Virus record (IMG/VR): IMGVR_UViG_3300031616_000001
Span: 1 to 64,000 of that record
DNA from: a virus
Length of the DNA: 64,000 bases
Strand: one strand, 5' to 3'
Shown: one piece after another, positions 49,235 through 59,451 of the stretch
Numbering within the stretch: position 1 is the stretch's first letter
Layout: every line of letters starts with the position of its first letter
Program-made: the position numbers and the translations under genes
Notes under the pieces: generated by a model
Database searches by the model: none
Told to the model about the DNA's origin: nothing
What the model saw: the letters and a program-made list of their open reading frames with translations, nothing else

Positions 49235-51010
49235 ATGATCGAGCCGCAGTTCATCCTCGCGCGGGCCGCCAAACTCGTCATCGATCTGTTCGCCGGCGGC
49301 GGCGGAGCCAGCACTGGCATTGAGCAGGCCATTGGCCGCCACGTCGACATCGCGATCAATCACGACCGCGTCGCCGTCGCCCAGCACCAGGCAAACCACC
49401 CGCAGACCCGTCACCTGGTCACCGACATCTGGGAGGTGGACCCGCTCAGGACCACCGAGGGTCGGCCCGTCGGGTTGCTGTGGGCGAGTCCGGACTGCCG
49501 TCACTTCAGTCCAGCCAAGGGCGGCGCGCCGGTCAGCGATCGCGTGCGCAGCCTAGCGTGGGTGGTGATCAAGTGGGCGACGCATTGCCGGCCCGATGTG
49601 ATCTGCCTCGAGAACATCCCCGAGTTCAAGAACTGGGGGCCGGTCATCGCCGGCCGGCCGTGCCCGGACCGCAAAGGCAAGACCTTCCGCCGCTGGCGCC
49701 TGCAGCTCGCGCGTCTCGGCTACGTCGTCGAGTTCCGCGAACTCCGCGCCTGCGACTACGACACGCCGACGATCCGCAAGCGGCTCTTCATGGTGGCGCG
49801 CTGCGACGGCCTGCCGATCGTCTGGCCGGAGGCGACGAACGGCCCCGGCCTGCGGCCGTTTCGCACGGCCGCCGAGTGCATCGACTTCAGCCTGCCGTGC
49901 CCGAGCATCTTCGAGCGCAAGAAGCCGCTGGCGGCGGCGACGCAGCGGCGCATCGCGCACGGCGTGAAGCGCTACGTCATCGACAATGCGAAGCCGTTCA
50001 TCGTGCCCGTGACGCACCCGCGCGACTCGCGCGTGCACAGTGTCGACGACCCGATGCGCACCGTCACCGCGGCGCCGCGCGGCGAGTTCGCACTCGCGGC
50101 GCCGACGATCGCCCGCATCGGCCAGACCGGCGGCAATGGCAAGTACGCGAACAGCGTCGAGGAGCCGCTGTCAACCATCACCACGAAGGCCGAGCACCTG
50201 CTGGTCGCGCCGGTGATCGTTGAAGCCGCGCACGGCGATGTTTCGCCGACCGGCGTCAAGCGCTGGGGCAAGGGCCACCGCTCGATCGAGGAGCCGGTGC
50301 CGACGATCACGGCCAGCGGCGGCAACACCGCGGTGGTCGCGTCGTTCCTGGCCAAGCACTACGGTGGCCACGAGACGCCGGGCACGCCGCTCGACAAGCC
50401 GATCAGCACGATCACGACGCAGGACCATCACCACCTGGTGGCAGCGCACATCACGAAGTTCCGCACGGACAGCGACGGCGTCGCCGCCGACGTCCCGATG
50501 CCGACTGTCACCGCCAACAGCCATGTCAAGCGCCCGGGCGGCGCGCCGCCGCTTGGCCTCGTGACATCGCATCTCGCGAAGCTGCGCGGCACCAGCAACA
50601 GCGCGGCGACCGACGAGCCATTGCACACCATCAGCGCCGGCGGCTGGCATCACGCCGAAGTCCGCGCCTTCCTGGCGGCGTACTACGGCACCGACCAGGA
50701 TCCGCGGCTCGAGGAGCCGTTGCATACGCTGACGACACGCGACCGTTTCGGCCTCGTCACCGTCAGCGGTATCGACTACGTCATCGTCGACATCGGCATG
50801 CGCATGCTCCAACCTCGCGAGTTGTACCTGGCGCAGGGTTTCGCGCCCGACTACATCATCGACTGGGGCATCGACCCGAAGACCGGTGACCGCATCACGC
50901 TGACAAAGACCGCGCAGGTTCGCCTGGTCGGCAATAGCGTCTGCCCGCCGCTGGCGCGCGCCATCGTCGCCGCGAACTACTCCGACGTCGAGATGCGGAG
51001 GGCGGCTTGA
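49235..51010 (+). CDS. DNA (cytosine-5) methyltransferase
   Basis: DLFAGGGG (motif I), ASPDC (IV), LENI.EF (VI), TIRKRLF (VIII), RML.PREL..AQGF, GNSVCP; repeated P+.TIT target-recognition modules. Confidence 0.95.
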   Translation: MIEPQFILARAAKLVIDLFAGGGGASTGIEQAIGRHVDIAINHDRVAVAQHQANHPQTRHLVTDIWEVDPLRTTEGRPVGLLWASPDCRHFSPAKGGAPVSDRVRSLAWVVIKWATHCRPDVICLENIPEFKNWGPVIAGRPCPDRKGKTFRRWRLQLARLGYVVEFRELRACDYDTPTIRKRLFMVARCDGLPIVWPEATNGPGLRPFRTAAECIDFSLPCPSIFERKKPLAAATQRRIAHGVKRYVIDNAKPFIVPVTHPRDSRVHSVDDPMRTVTAAPRGEFALAAPTIARIGQTGGNGKYANSVEEPLSTITTKAEHLLVAPVIVEAAHGDVSPTGVKRWGKGHRSIEEPVPTITASGGNTAVVASFLAKHYGGHETPGTPLDKPISTITTQDHHHLVAAHITKFRTDSDGVAADVPMPTVTANSHVKRPGGAPPLGLVTSHLAKLRGTSNSAATDEPLHTISAGGWHHAEVRAFLAAYYGTDQDPRLEEPLHTLTTRDRFGLVTVSGIDYVIVDIGMRMLQPRELYLAQGFAPDYIIDWGIDPKTGDRITLTKTAQVRLVGNSVCPPLARAIVAANYSDVEMRRAA

Positions 51011-51011
51011 G

Positions 51012-51254
51012 ATGACATACGGTCTGAAGCTGATCGACGGCCGTCTCGTGCTCGGCGCGCAATCCACAAGGGGCGGCTTCGTTCCGCAGGTCAGTGAGCT
51101 TCAGCCTGTTGGTCATTGGGTCGATGCCGAAGGCGGTCTGCGTGCCCAGTTCTGGCCAGGCCCGGGCTTGATCACGCGCTTCTTCGCGCGGCGCCGCGAC
51201 TATGTCTACGTGCACTACCCCAAGGAGCGGCGCGTACCGCCGATCATCGAATGA
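51012..51254 (+). CDS. Hypothetical protein
   Basis: Coupled ORF within the operon. Confidence 0.5.
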   Translation: MTYGLKLIDGRLVLGAQSTRGGFVPQVSELQPVGHWVDAEGGLRAQFWPGPGLITRFFARRRDYVYVHYPKERRVPPIIE

Positions 51255-51940
51255 ATCTGCCGAAGTTCATCACGTTCACCGGTGCCGATGAGCACACCAA
51301 CGTTCATGGCATGCTCGCCCTGGCCGCGCGCTACCCCATCGAGTGGGGCGTGCTGTTCTCGCCCAAGCGCCAGGGCACCGGACGCTATCCGCCGCTCGAG
51401 ACGGCGTGGAAGTTCCAGGCCTCCTCGCCGGCGCTGCGCCTGAGCGCACATCTATGCGGGCAGTACGCGACTGACACGATCGATGCAGGCGGCCTGCCGC
51501 TGTATCGCCAGGCCTTCGATCTGTCGCGTTTCATCAAGCAATGCCAGCGCGTGCAGATCAACACGACACGCTCGGATCTGAACGTCGGCGAGGTCTCGCA
51601 GTGGGGCGCAAGCATGGGCGTGCGCGTGATCTACCAATCCCGAGACGAGCATTGCTTCCCCGCCGACGATCGATGCGATTGGTTGTTCGACAACAGCGGC
51701 GGCCGCGGCGTGTCGCCCGGCGAGTGGCCGCGACCGGAGATCGGCTCACCTGCGATCCACGGCTATGCCGGTGGGCTGAACCAAGACAACGTTGCCCGCA
51801 ACGTCGAGTCGATCGAGTGGGAAGCCGGGGCGAACTACTGGATCGACATGGAGTCCGGTGTCCGCGACGCCGACGATCGCTTTGACCTGGCCAAGTGCGA
51901 GGCCATCTGCCGTGCGGTGTACGGGGAGGGCGCGCTGTGA
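51251..51940 (+). CDS. TrpF/PRAI-like TIM-barrel protein of phage type
   Basis: TFTGAD, EWGVL, SAHLCG, RVQIN, LFD.SGGRG, GYAGGL...NV, WIDMESGVR. Confidence 0.75.
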   Translation: MNLPKFITFTGADEHTNVHGMLALAARYPIEWGVLFSPKRQGTGRYPPLETAWKFQASSPALRLSAHLCGQYATDTIDAGGLPLYRQAFDLSRFIKQCQRVQINTTRSDLNVGEVSQWGASMGVRVIYQSRDEHCFPADDRCDWLFDNSGGRGVSPGEWPRPEIGSPAIHGYAGGLNQDNVARNVESIEWEAGANYWIDMESGVRDADDRFDLAKCEAICRAVYGEGAL

Positions 51941-52599
51941 TCGATGCCTGCTCGTGGGACGCGCCAGGCCGGGACCGCTATACGGGGTCGGTGCCGGCGG
52001 CCATCATTGCCTTCGGCCTGCCGCTGGCCACCCAATCCAAGCTGATCGCGGCCTTCGAAGCCCGCGAGTTCGTCGACGCCGTCGTCATCGACCGCGATGC
52101 CATCCGCGGCCGCACCTTCGACTATGCACCGGAGATCTCCGCGATGCACTTCGGCAGCCGCGGGCGGATCTGCGGGACGGTGACGCGCACCGGCTGGAGC
52201 GCTGAGCACGTCGAGACGGCGCTGGTGCTGTGCGCCGACGGCGAGTGCATCGCCTGGCCGGCGGTGTGCGGCAACGTCTTCAGGCTCGCGCGGCGCGAGC
52301 GCGCCGAGAAGCTCGCCGGGCCGCCGGCCGCGGTCCCCGAGACGCCGGGCGATGCCGTGGCCCCGCCCGAGCCGCCTCCTGTTCTCACGCTGACGTCGGC
52401 GCCCGTGCCGCTGGCTGGGCCCGCATATCCGCCGTCGGGCTACGGCGGCCCGCCGGACATCTTCTTTGGGCCGTGCTGCGCGACGCCAGGGGCTCCCGGG
52501 CTTCCGCCGATCACTCCGGCCATCCCGGAGCCGTCGACCTGGGCGCTGTTGATCGCCGGCGGCGCGGCGTTCCTCCTGGCGAGGAGACGGCGGGCGTGA
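51937..52599 (+). CDS. MHFG-family PEP-CTERM protein
   Basis: CSWD.PG, AMHFG...C..V.R..W, P.VC.NV; C-terminal IPEPSTWALLIAGGAAFLLARRRR. Confidence 0.85.
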   Translation: MIDACSWDAPGRDRYTGSVPAAIIAFGLPLATQSKLIAAFEAREFVDAVVIDRDAIRGRTFDYAPEISAMHFGSRGRICGTVTRTGWSAEHVETALVLCADGECIAWPAVCGNVFRLARRERAEKLAGPPAAVPETPGDAVAPPEPPPVLTLTSAPVPLAGPAYPPSGYGGPPDIFFGPCCATPGAPGLPPITPAIPEPSTWALLIAGGAAFLLARRRRA

Positions 52600-55214
52600 A
52601 ATCGTACGAGCAGTTCCTTCGCGACAAGGTGCGCCTCGCCCCTGATGAGGGGTTCGACGTTGCCCTGGACGAGGTGAATCCGCTGCTGAAGATGCACCAG
52701 CGCCTTATGGTGGTCTGGGCAATCCGCGGCGGGCGGCGCGCGATCTTCGCGGCCTTCGGTCTCGGCAAGAGCGTCATCCAACTCGAGATCGTCCGCCTGA
52801 TCCTTGCGCGCATCACCGGCCTCGGCCTGATTGTGATCCCGCTGGGCGTCCTGCAGGAGTTCAAGCGCGACGCCGCCATGCTCGGCATCGTCGTCAAATT
52901 CATCCGCGACATCGAAGACGCGCACGGCGCCGACATCTACCTGACGAACTACGAGACCGTCCGCGACGGCAAACTCGACCCGCAGCGGTTCGCCGTGGCC
53001 AGCCTGGATGAGGCCGCCGTCCTGCGCGGCTTCGGCGGCACCAAGACATTCCGCGAGTTCATGCGCACGTTCGCCGGCGACGGCAAGACGTTGAACGACA
53101 GGACGATCACGGACGGCGTGCGGTATCGCTTCGTGGCGACGGCGTGCCCGAGCCCGAACGAGTACATCGAGTTGCTGGCGTACGCCGCCTACCTCGGCAT
53201 CATGGACGTGTCGGCGGCGAAGACCAGGTTCTTCAAGCGCGACAGCACGAAGGCCGACAAGCTGACGCTGCACGCGCACAAGGAGCGCGAGTTCTGGTTG
53301 TGGGTGTCGTCGTGGGCGATCTTCGTTCAGAAGCCGAGCGACCTCGGCTGCTCGGACGACGGCTACGAACTACCGCCAATGGACGTGCGCTGGCACGAGG
53401 TGGCCAGCGACGTCGCCACCATCGGCCACGAGCCCTGGGGCCAGGCCAAGATGTTCGTCAGCGCCGCCATTGGCGTCGTCGACGCCAGCCGCGAGAAGCG
53501 CGAGAGTCTGCCGCTTCGCATGGCCAAGATGATGGAACTGCGCGCGGAGGATCCGCATGCCCATCGCATCCTCTGGCACGACCTCGAGCGCGAGCGCGAC
53601 GCCATCGAGCGCGCCATCCCGACGGCGGTCAGCGTCTACGGTTCGCAGGACCTGGATGAACGCGAGCAGGCCGTCGTGGACTTCAGCGACGGCCGGTTCC
53701 AGGAGCTCGCCGCGAAGCCCGTGATCGCCGGCAGCGGCTGCAACTTTCAGCGGCACTGCAGCTGGGCAATCTTCCTCGGCATCGGCTTCAAGTTCAGCGA
53801 TTTCATCCAGGCGATTCACCGTATCCAGCGTTTCCTGCAGACGCGGCCGGTGCGCATCGACCTGATCTACACGGAAGCCGAGCGCGAGGTTCGCAGGCAG
53901 CTCGAGCGCAAATGGGAGCAGCACACCATCATGGTCGCCAAGATGACCGAGATCATTCGGGAGTTCGGACTCTCACAGGCCGCGATGGCGCAGTCGCTGA
54001 CGCGCGCCATGAACGTGGAACGCGTGGAAACCGCTGGTCGCAGCTACAAGCTCGTGAACAACGACAGCGTCGACGAGACGCGTCGCATGGCTACCGACAG
54101 CGTCGACCTGATCCTCACGTCGATTCCGTTCTCTTCGCAATACGAATACTCGCCGAGCTACCGCGACCTCGGTCACAGCGACAACAACAAGCACTTCTTC
54201 GAGCACATGGACTTCATCACGCCGAACCTGCTGCGCGTGCTGAAGCCCGGCCGCATCGCGGCGATCCACGTGAAGGATCGCATCGTGCCCAAGGGCATGA
54301 CCGGCCTCGGCTTTCAGACGGCCTACCGATTCCACAGCAAGGTTGCCGACCACTACGAGAAGCACGGCTTCGCCTACCTCGGCATGAAGACGATCGTCAC
54401 CGACGTCGTGCGCGAGAACAACCAGACCTATCGCCTGGGTTGGACGGAGCAGTGCAAGGACGGCACGAAGATGGGCGTCGGCATGCCCGAGTACCTGCTG
54501 CTGTTCCGCAAGCCCGTGACGGACACCGCCGACGGCTACGCCGATACGCCGGTGGTCAAAGCCAAGCCGCTGTGCCTCGACGGCGACGACGACGTGCCGT
54601 TTGACCGCGATCTTCCGATCAAGCCGAACAGCGGCTACTCGCGATCGCGGTGGCAGATCGATGCCCACGGCTTCACGCGGTCATCGGGTGACGGTCTGCT
54701 GCTGCCAGAGGACCTGGCCGGCATGACGCACGCCGAGATGTTCCAGCTGTTCAAACGGCGATCGCTCGAGACCGTCTACAACTTCGAGAACCACGTGCGA
54801 CTCTGCGAGCACCTCGAAGCCGCCGGCAAGCTGCCGGTGACCTTCATGTTGCTGCAGCCGCAGAGCTGGAGCGATGAGGTGTGGACCGACATCACGCGGA
54901 TGCTCACGCTCAACGGCGCGCAGTCCGCGAAGGGCAAGGAGATGCATCTTTGCCCGATGCAGTTCGATCTCGCCGATCGCGCGATCGAGCAATGGTCCAT
55001 GCCTGGCGAGGTGGTGTTCGATCCATTCGCCGGCCTCGGAACCGTCCCGTACCGCGCCGTCCAGAAGGGCCGCTTCGGCCTGGGCTGCGAACTGAGCCCG
55101 TCGTACTACCTCGACAGCCACACCTACTGCCGCGCGGCCGAGCTCGAGCTGAGCATGCCGAGCCTCTTCGATGCCGAAGAGATCGGCGAGACAGCCGACT
55201 CTGCCGCGTCTTGA
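52596..55214 (+). CDS. SNF2-like helicase fused to an N6/N4 DNA methyltransferase
   Basis: FGLGKS (Walker A), LDEA, TACPSPN, QAIHRIQRF; MTase SIPF, H.CPMQ, DPFAGLGT motifs. Confidence 0.9.
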   Translation: MKSYEQFLRDKVRLAPDEGFDVALDEVNPLLKMHQRLMVVWAIRGGRRAIFAAFGLGKSVIQLEIVRLILARITGLGLIVIPLGVLQEFKRDAAMLGIVVKFIRDIEDAHGADIYLTNYETVRDGKLDPQRFAVASLDEAAVLRGFGGTKTFREFMRTFAGDGKTLNDRTITDGVRYRFVATACPSPNEYIELLAYAAYLGIMDVSAAKTRFFKRDSTKADKLTLHAHKEREFWLWVSSWAIFVQKPSDLGCSDDGYELPPMDVRWHEVASDVATIGHEPWGQAKMFVSAAIGVVDASREKRESLPLRMAKMMELRAEDPHAHRILWHDLERERDAIERAIPTAVSVYGSQDLDEREQAVVDFSDGRFQELAAKPVIAGSGCNFQRHCSWAIFLGIGFKFSDFIQAIHRIQRFLQTRPVRIDLIYTEAEREVRRQLERKWEQHTIMVAKMTEIIREFGLSQAAMAQSLTRAMNVERVETAGRSYKLVNNDSVDETRRMATDSVDLILTSIPFSSQYEYSPSYRDLGHSDNNKHFFEHMDFITPNLLRVLKPGRIAAIHVKDRIVPKGMTGLGFQTAYRFHSKVADHYEKHGFAYLGMKTIVTDVVRENNQTYRLGWTEQCKDGTKMGVGMPEYLLLFRKPVTDTADGYADTPVVKAKPLCLDGDDDVPFDRDLPIKPNSGYSRSRWQIDAHGFTRSSGDGLLLPEDLAGMTHAEMFQLFKRRSLETVYNFENHVRLCEHLEAAGKLPVTFMLLQPQSWSDEVWTDITRMLTLNGAQSAKGKEMHLCPMQFDLADRAIEQWSMPGEVVFDPFAGLGTVPYRAVQKGRFGLGCELSPSYYLDSHTYCRAAELELSMPSLFDAEEIGETADSAAS

Positions 55215-55479
55215 GGCTTAGTAATACTATGTCGCCGCCACCCATCACCTACCCGTCTGGGTTATTCACGGAGCTCATGCGCAGGCACGCGTGGCCCCCC
55301 GGCTTCGAGTCGCAGATCCAGATCCAGACGTTGAGCGACGTCGACCGCCGCGAGTCGGCGGCGCGCGGCCGCGAGACGCAGCTGTCCAACGGCTACACCG
55401 GCACCGTGTTCGGCATGAGCAGAAGCGCCGACGCTCAGGCCGCGGTGTCGAGGCCAAGGTTCAACGCGAGGTTGAGCCG

Positions 55480-56166
55480 ATGACAAAGCTCACCTACTCA
55501 GAACAGCTGAAGCATCCAAAGTGGCAACGCAAGCGTCTCGAGATCCTTGAGGCAGCTGACTGGAAATGCATACGCTGCAGTTCAGCGGAAAAGACGCTTC
55601 ATGTTCATCACCGGCAGTACATCGCTGGCAGGTTGCCGTGGGAGTATGCCGCCGACGATTTGCTCGCGCTTTGCGAGGACTGCCATGCGGGAGAGCATGG
55701 GAAAGAGTCGATTCCGAATCGCCGCGCAGTGACTCGTCGAGATCGAGCCCTCTGGCTGGGAATCGAGGTTGCTGATCCACGTGCTGTTCTCAGTCAAGTC
55801 GACTGGGAATTCCTGTGCAGGTTGCCGCCTCCGTACGGTTTCGCGTTTGTCCAGATCGACATTATTCAGCGAGGATTGGGCCCGCTGTCCAAGATTGAAC
55901 TCTTGGCTGAGATGAGGAAGAAACGTCCTCAAATTTCAGATGAGCCTGCTGTCCCGAATGTCCTCGACGTCGTTCAAGGCCTCATACAGGTACAGCCAGG
56001 GGTCGACGTCGGTCGCGATCTGGCGCTCGCCGTGAAATGGCTCATGCGGGACGAGGTTAACGATCAACTCCGAGCATTGATCTCCGTTGGCGAGACAGCG
56101 AGGGGCGGTGAGCTGAGAGACCTCGTTGCTCGCCAGCGCCTTCTGAACCAGGAGTTGGCGCCGTGA
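55480..56166 (+). CDS. HNH endonuclease domain protein
   Basis: YSEQLKHPKWQRKRLEIL....WKC..C......LHVHH..Y.....WEY....L.ALC..CH. Confidence 0.85.
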   Translation: MTKLTYSEQLKHPKWQRKRLEILEAADWKCIRCSSAEKTLHVHHRQYIAGRLPWEYAADDLLALCEDCHAGEHGKESIPNRRAVTRRDRALWLGIEVADPRAVLSQVDWEFLCRLPPPYGFAFVQIDIIQRGLGPLSKIELLAEMRKKRPQISDEPAVPNVLDVVQGLIQVQPGVDVGRDLALAVKWLMRDEVNDQLRALISVGETARGGELRDLVARQRLLNQELAP

Positions 56167-57155
56167 GCAAGACGGTCGAGACCTGGATGCCCTGGTACAT
56201 CGACAAGTACCTCGGTGACACGACCAACCTGACGACCGAGCAGCACGGCGCGTACTGCCTTCTGCTGATGAGTATGTGGAAGAAGCAAGGGCTCCTGCCA
56301 AACGACGACAAGCAACTCGCGCCGATAGCAAAGCTGTCATTGGGAAAGTGGCGCTCGTACCGACCAGTGCTCATCCAGTTCTTTCGAGTGTCCGAAGACG
56401 GCAGATTCATCAGTCAGAAGCGCGTCAGCAAGGAGTTGACTCGGGCGCTTGCGATCTCAGATGAGCGGTCTAAGGCGGGCAAGGAGGGTGCAGCCAGGAA
56501 GCGCGTGATTCAGGAAGAGAGGTCAGCATTTGAACTAGCAAACGGTATAGCAACCGCGGTAGCAAATGCTTCAGCAAATGCTAAGCAAAACGCAACACCT
56601 ATACCGAAGACACCTTCGCTTCGCTCAGGTTCCGAAGCTATCGCTTCGGTTGCTGTGACAGCTGCGCCGTCACCGCCGAAGCGTCGAAAGGCAAAGGCTG
56701 AAGTCGACCCTGAACCTCCGACAAACGCCACGTGGGAGGCCTATAGCGAGGCATACCGCAGGCGGTATCGCATCGCCCCATTGCGAAATGGCAAGGTCAA
56801 CAAGCTATTGCTGAACTTCCTGGGGCTCGTGCCAGCCGAACATGGGCCTGCAATCGCTGCGTTCTACGTCGGACACCAGCAGAACCTCTATGTCAACGCG
56901 AAGCATGCGGTGGAGCTTCTATTCCGCGACGCAGAGCGGCTGTACGCCGATTGGATGACAAACAGCGCGGCGGGCGTGCAGCAAATTCACGGCACCGAGA
57001 CGGCCAACCATCGCCAGCTGCGCGAGATGCACGCGGCCCTCAGTGGCAATCGAGTCGCGTCGGCAACCGCTCCGGCCCCCCCAGCGCAGCGCTCGATTGA
57101 TCTCAAACAAGCGCAGGAGGTGCTTGATGTCATCCCTACCGATCTACTCCGTTGA
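56163..57155 (+). CDS. Replication initiator (YdaU/DUF1376 family)
   Basis: WMPWYI..YLGDT..LT.EQHGAY.LLL..MW...G.LPNDD..LA.IA; internal iterons. Confidence 0.85.
   Translation: MSKTVETWMPWYIDKYLGDTTNLTTEQHGAYCLLLMSMWKKQGLLPNDDKQLAPIAKLSLGKWRSYRPVLIQFFRVSEDGRFISQKRVSKELTRALAISDERSKAGKEGAARKRVIQEERSAFELANGIATAVANASANAKQNATPIPKTPSLRSGSEAIASVAVTAAPSPPKRRKAKAEVDPEPPTNATWEAYSEAYRRRYRIAPLRNGKVNKLLLNFLGLVPAEHGPAIAAFYVGHQQNLYVNAKHAVELLFRDAERLYADWMTNSAAGVQQIHGTETANHRQLREMHAALSGNRVASATAPAPPAQRSIDLKQAQEVLDVIPTDLLR
56524..56595 (+). repeat. Putative replication origin iterons
   Basis: AGCA cores at 56525, 56537, 56549, 56561, 56573 and 56584 (12-bp period, last 11) in an AT-richer stretch inside the initiator gene. 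Confidence 0.6.
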
Positions 57156-57657
57156 GGAGATCATGTCGCGTCTGAGCGTGGCCTACGGCAGTGCTTGGGC
57201 ACAGATGTGGCTCGGCCTTGACCCAGCCGAAGTGAAGGCGCAGTGGGCGGATGCGCTCGGCCCGTACCTCAACAAGCCCGAGAAAATCCATCACGCGTTG
57301 GCCCACTTGCCAGTCGACAGGCCACCGAACTCGCTTCAGTTCAAGGTCATCTGCATGAACGCGCCGGAGACGGAACCGGATCCGGTTCCGCAGTTGCCCG
57401 GGATGCCGGAGCGCAAGGCAGACATCTCACGGCTGCGCGCGGCGTTCCTGCGCTTCAAGGAACTCCGCAAAGAGATGCTGAAGAAGCCCAAGGAGTGGGC
57501 GTACCGGCTTCAGGAGCGCGAGCGGCGCGGCGAGCGGCTGACAGCCTTCGAGCAGCAGGCCTGGCGCGATACGCTGGCCAAGGTCGAAGACAAGCACGTC
57601 GGTGGTCATCACACGCCGATCGCCAACGAAGACCTGCCGCCAGGGATGCGGCGATGA
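57127..57657 (+). CDS. Replication protein P-like / helicase loader candidate
   Basis: Follows the initiator; L...YG..W...W.G......W...L...LP...PPN..QFK.IC. Confidence 0.55.
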   Translation: MSSLPIYSVEEIMSRLSVAYGSAWAQMWLGLDPAEVKAQWADALGPYLNKPEKIHHALAHLPVDRPPNSLQFKVICMNAPETEPDPVPQLPGMPERKADISRLRAAFLRFKELRKEMLKKPKEWAYRLQERERRGERLTAFEQQAWRDTLAKVEDKHVGGHHTPIANEDLPPGMRR

Positions 57658-59451
57658 GCTACGAAGCCTGGGGCGAACCCGATGGCCGCCCGTACCCGAC
57701 GGCGGCGGCGAGGCGCATCCGCGTGCGCGTCGAAGAGGGCGACTTCCGAGGATTCAACGGCCGCACGCCGTGCGCACCCGACGAGCCGACGCGACAGTGT
57801 TCGATCTGCGCGCGGCACCGGCCGGCCCTGGCGCGCGTCGTCGATCGCGACACCGTGCTGATCGACGCCACGACGGTGACGCCGCCCGGGCTGCGCTGCC
57901 CAATGTTTGCACGGCGCGACCAATGAGCCCGGAACAGATGGACCACATCCGCCAGGCGGCGCGCGACATCCTCGATGCCGCCGAGTTCGGCTGGTGGTAT
58001 GCCGGCGGTCAGATCGATGCACACAAAGTGGCATGGGCGCAGTGGATCCTGTGGCACGCCCCCAAAGTCTGGCCGGAGCTGATCACGGCGAACGAGTGCT
58101 TCACGGAGATCGTGCTGTGAGCAGCGGCCTGCACGCGCATTCGCGCGAACTCAAGTACGCCGTCCAGGGCCCGGGGCTGAGCTGCGAGGGCCGGTTGTGC
58201 AGCCGCTGCCACAGGCCGTCGCGCAGCACCGGCGGCGGAACCATCGACGGGCGCTGGTACTGCGCGAAGTGCAAACCAAAGAGAGGCAACGACATGGCGA
58301 AGACGAGCGACTGGACAACCCGAGTGCACGAGCACCTCTTGAAGACCAGGACGGGCATGACGCCGGCGATGGTCATCACGATGTTCGGCAAGCCGCCGGG
58401 TACGAGCGCCGCCGGCAAGGTGCTGAGCGCGGCGTCGCAGCACGGATGGTTTCGCCGCGAACAGCGCGAAGCCGAGGGCGACACCGTGCGTGTCACGACG
58501 CCCATCTATTTCGCCGTCGACCGCGCGAATGCCACGCCGACGCGCCGCGGGCCGGAGCCCGAGAGCTACTTCTACGGGGTCAAGCGCGTGCGGTCAGTCT
58601 TCGAACTCTGGAGCACGCTATGACGCACACGCCACGACCGGGAAGCATTGGCGAGCGGTCCATCAAGTATCTCGGCGAACACGGCCGGCAGACGATGCGC
58701 GATCTCGCCGACGGCATCGACGCCGAGCTCGGCTCGATGAGCGCATCGCTGAATCTCTGCTTGCAGCACGGCTTGCTTGTCCGCGAAGAAGCCGACGGCA
58801 AGATCTTCATCGGCGTACCCAAGCCGCCGGCCGTCGTCGCGTCGATTATGCGGCCGAACGGCGTCGAGGTCGGTAATCGGAAGGCTGAACCTCGCGACGG
58901 CGTTGCTGTCGCGGAGGAAGCCGAGTCTGCGGAGGCGATCGTCGTGAGCAACGGCCACTATCAGAATGGCGTTCGCGAAGAATCGTTTGTCGTCGACGAC
59001 AAGAGGACCGTGACGGTCCGCCGGCCCGACGAGTCGGCAGCGGATTCCTCGACCGAGACGCCGACGTCGATCATCGAAGAGCTCGCGCCGAGCAGGCCGA
59101 TGCGCGTCGATGCGCCGGCGCCGCGTCACTTCGCCGTCGGCATCTTCACCGATGGCCGCTTTGTCATCGAAGTCGGCGATCGCGGCGAGACGCTGACCCG
59201 CGATGAAACCGAAACGCTGTGGAAGTTCGTGCACGGCATCGAAAGGCCATTCGATGAACAGGCCTGACTCGTCGCTGGATCTCGTGCTGGCCGTCTCCTT
59301 GTGCATCGGCGTCTGCCTGATCGCCGTGATCCTTGGGCTCGTCGCTACCGGTCTGATGCTCGCCGTCGCCGCGCTCGTCCTGTGGATAGTGCGCATGGCC
59401 TGGTTCCTCGTGACCGTGCTGTGGGAGATGTGGGGAATCTGGCCGTGGTAA
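57654..59451 (+). other. Hypothetical genes (57654-57926, 57923-58120, 58117-58623, 58620-59267, 59254-59451)
   Basis: Coupled plus-strand ORFs; 58620-59267 has a winged-HTH-like N-terminus and 59254-59451 is a membrane protein. Confidence 0.5.

Noticed and set aside
51251-51940. Genuine trpF auxiliary metabolic gene
   Set aside because: Only the C-terminal phosphate-binding motifs resemble TrpF. The N-terminal KICG motif is absent and no other trp genes are present.
49235-56166. Complete restriction-modification system
   Set aside because: No cognate restriction endonuclease was recognised. The HNH gene is of a common phage type, and the MTases look like orphans.
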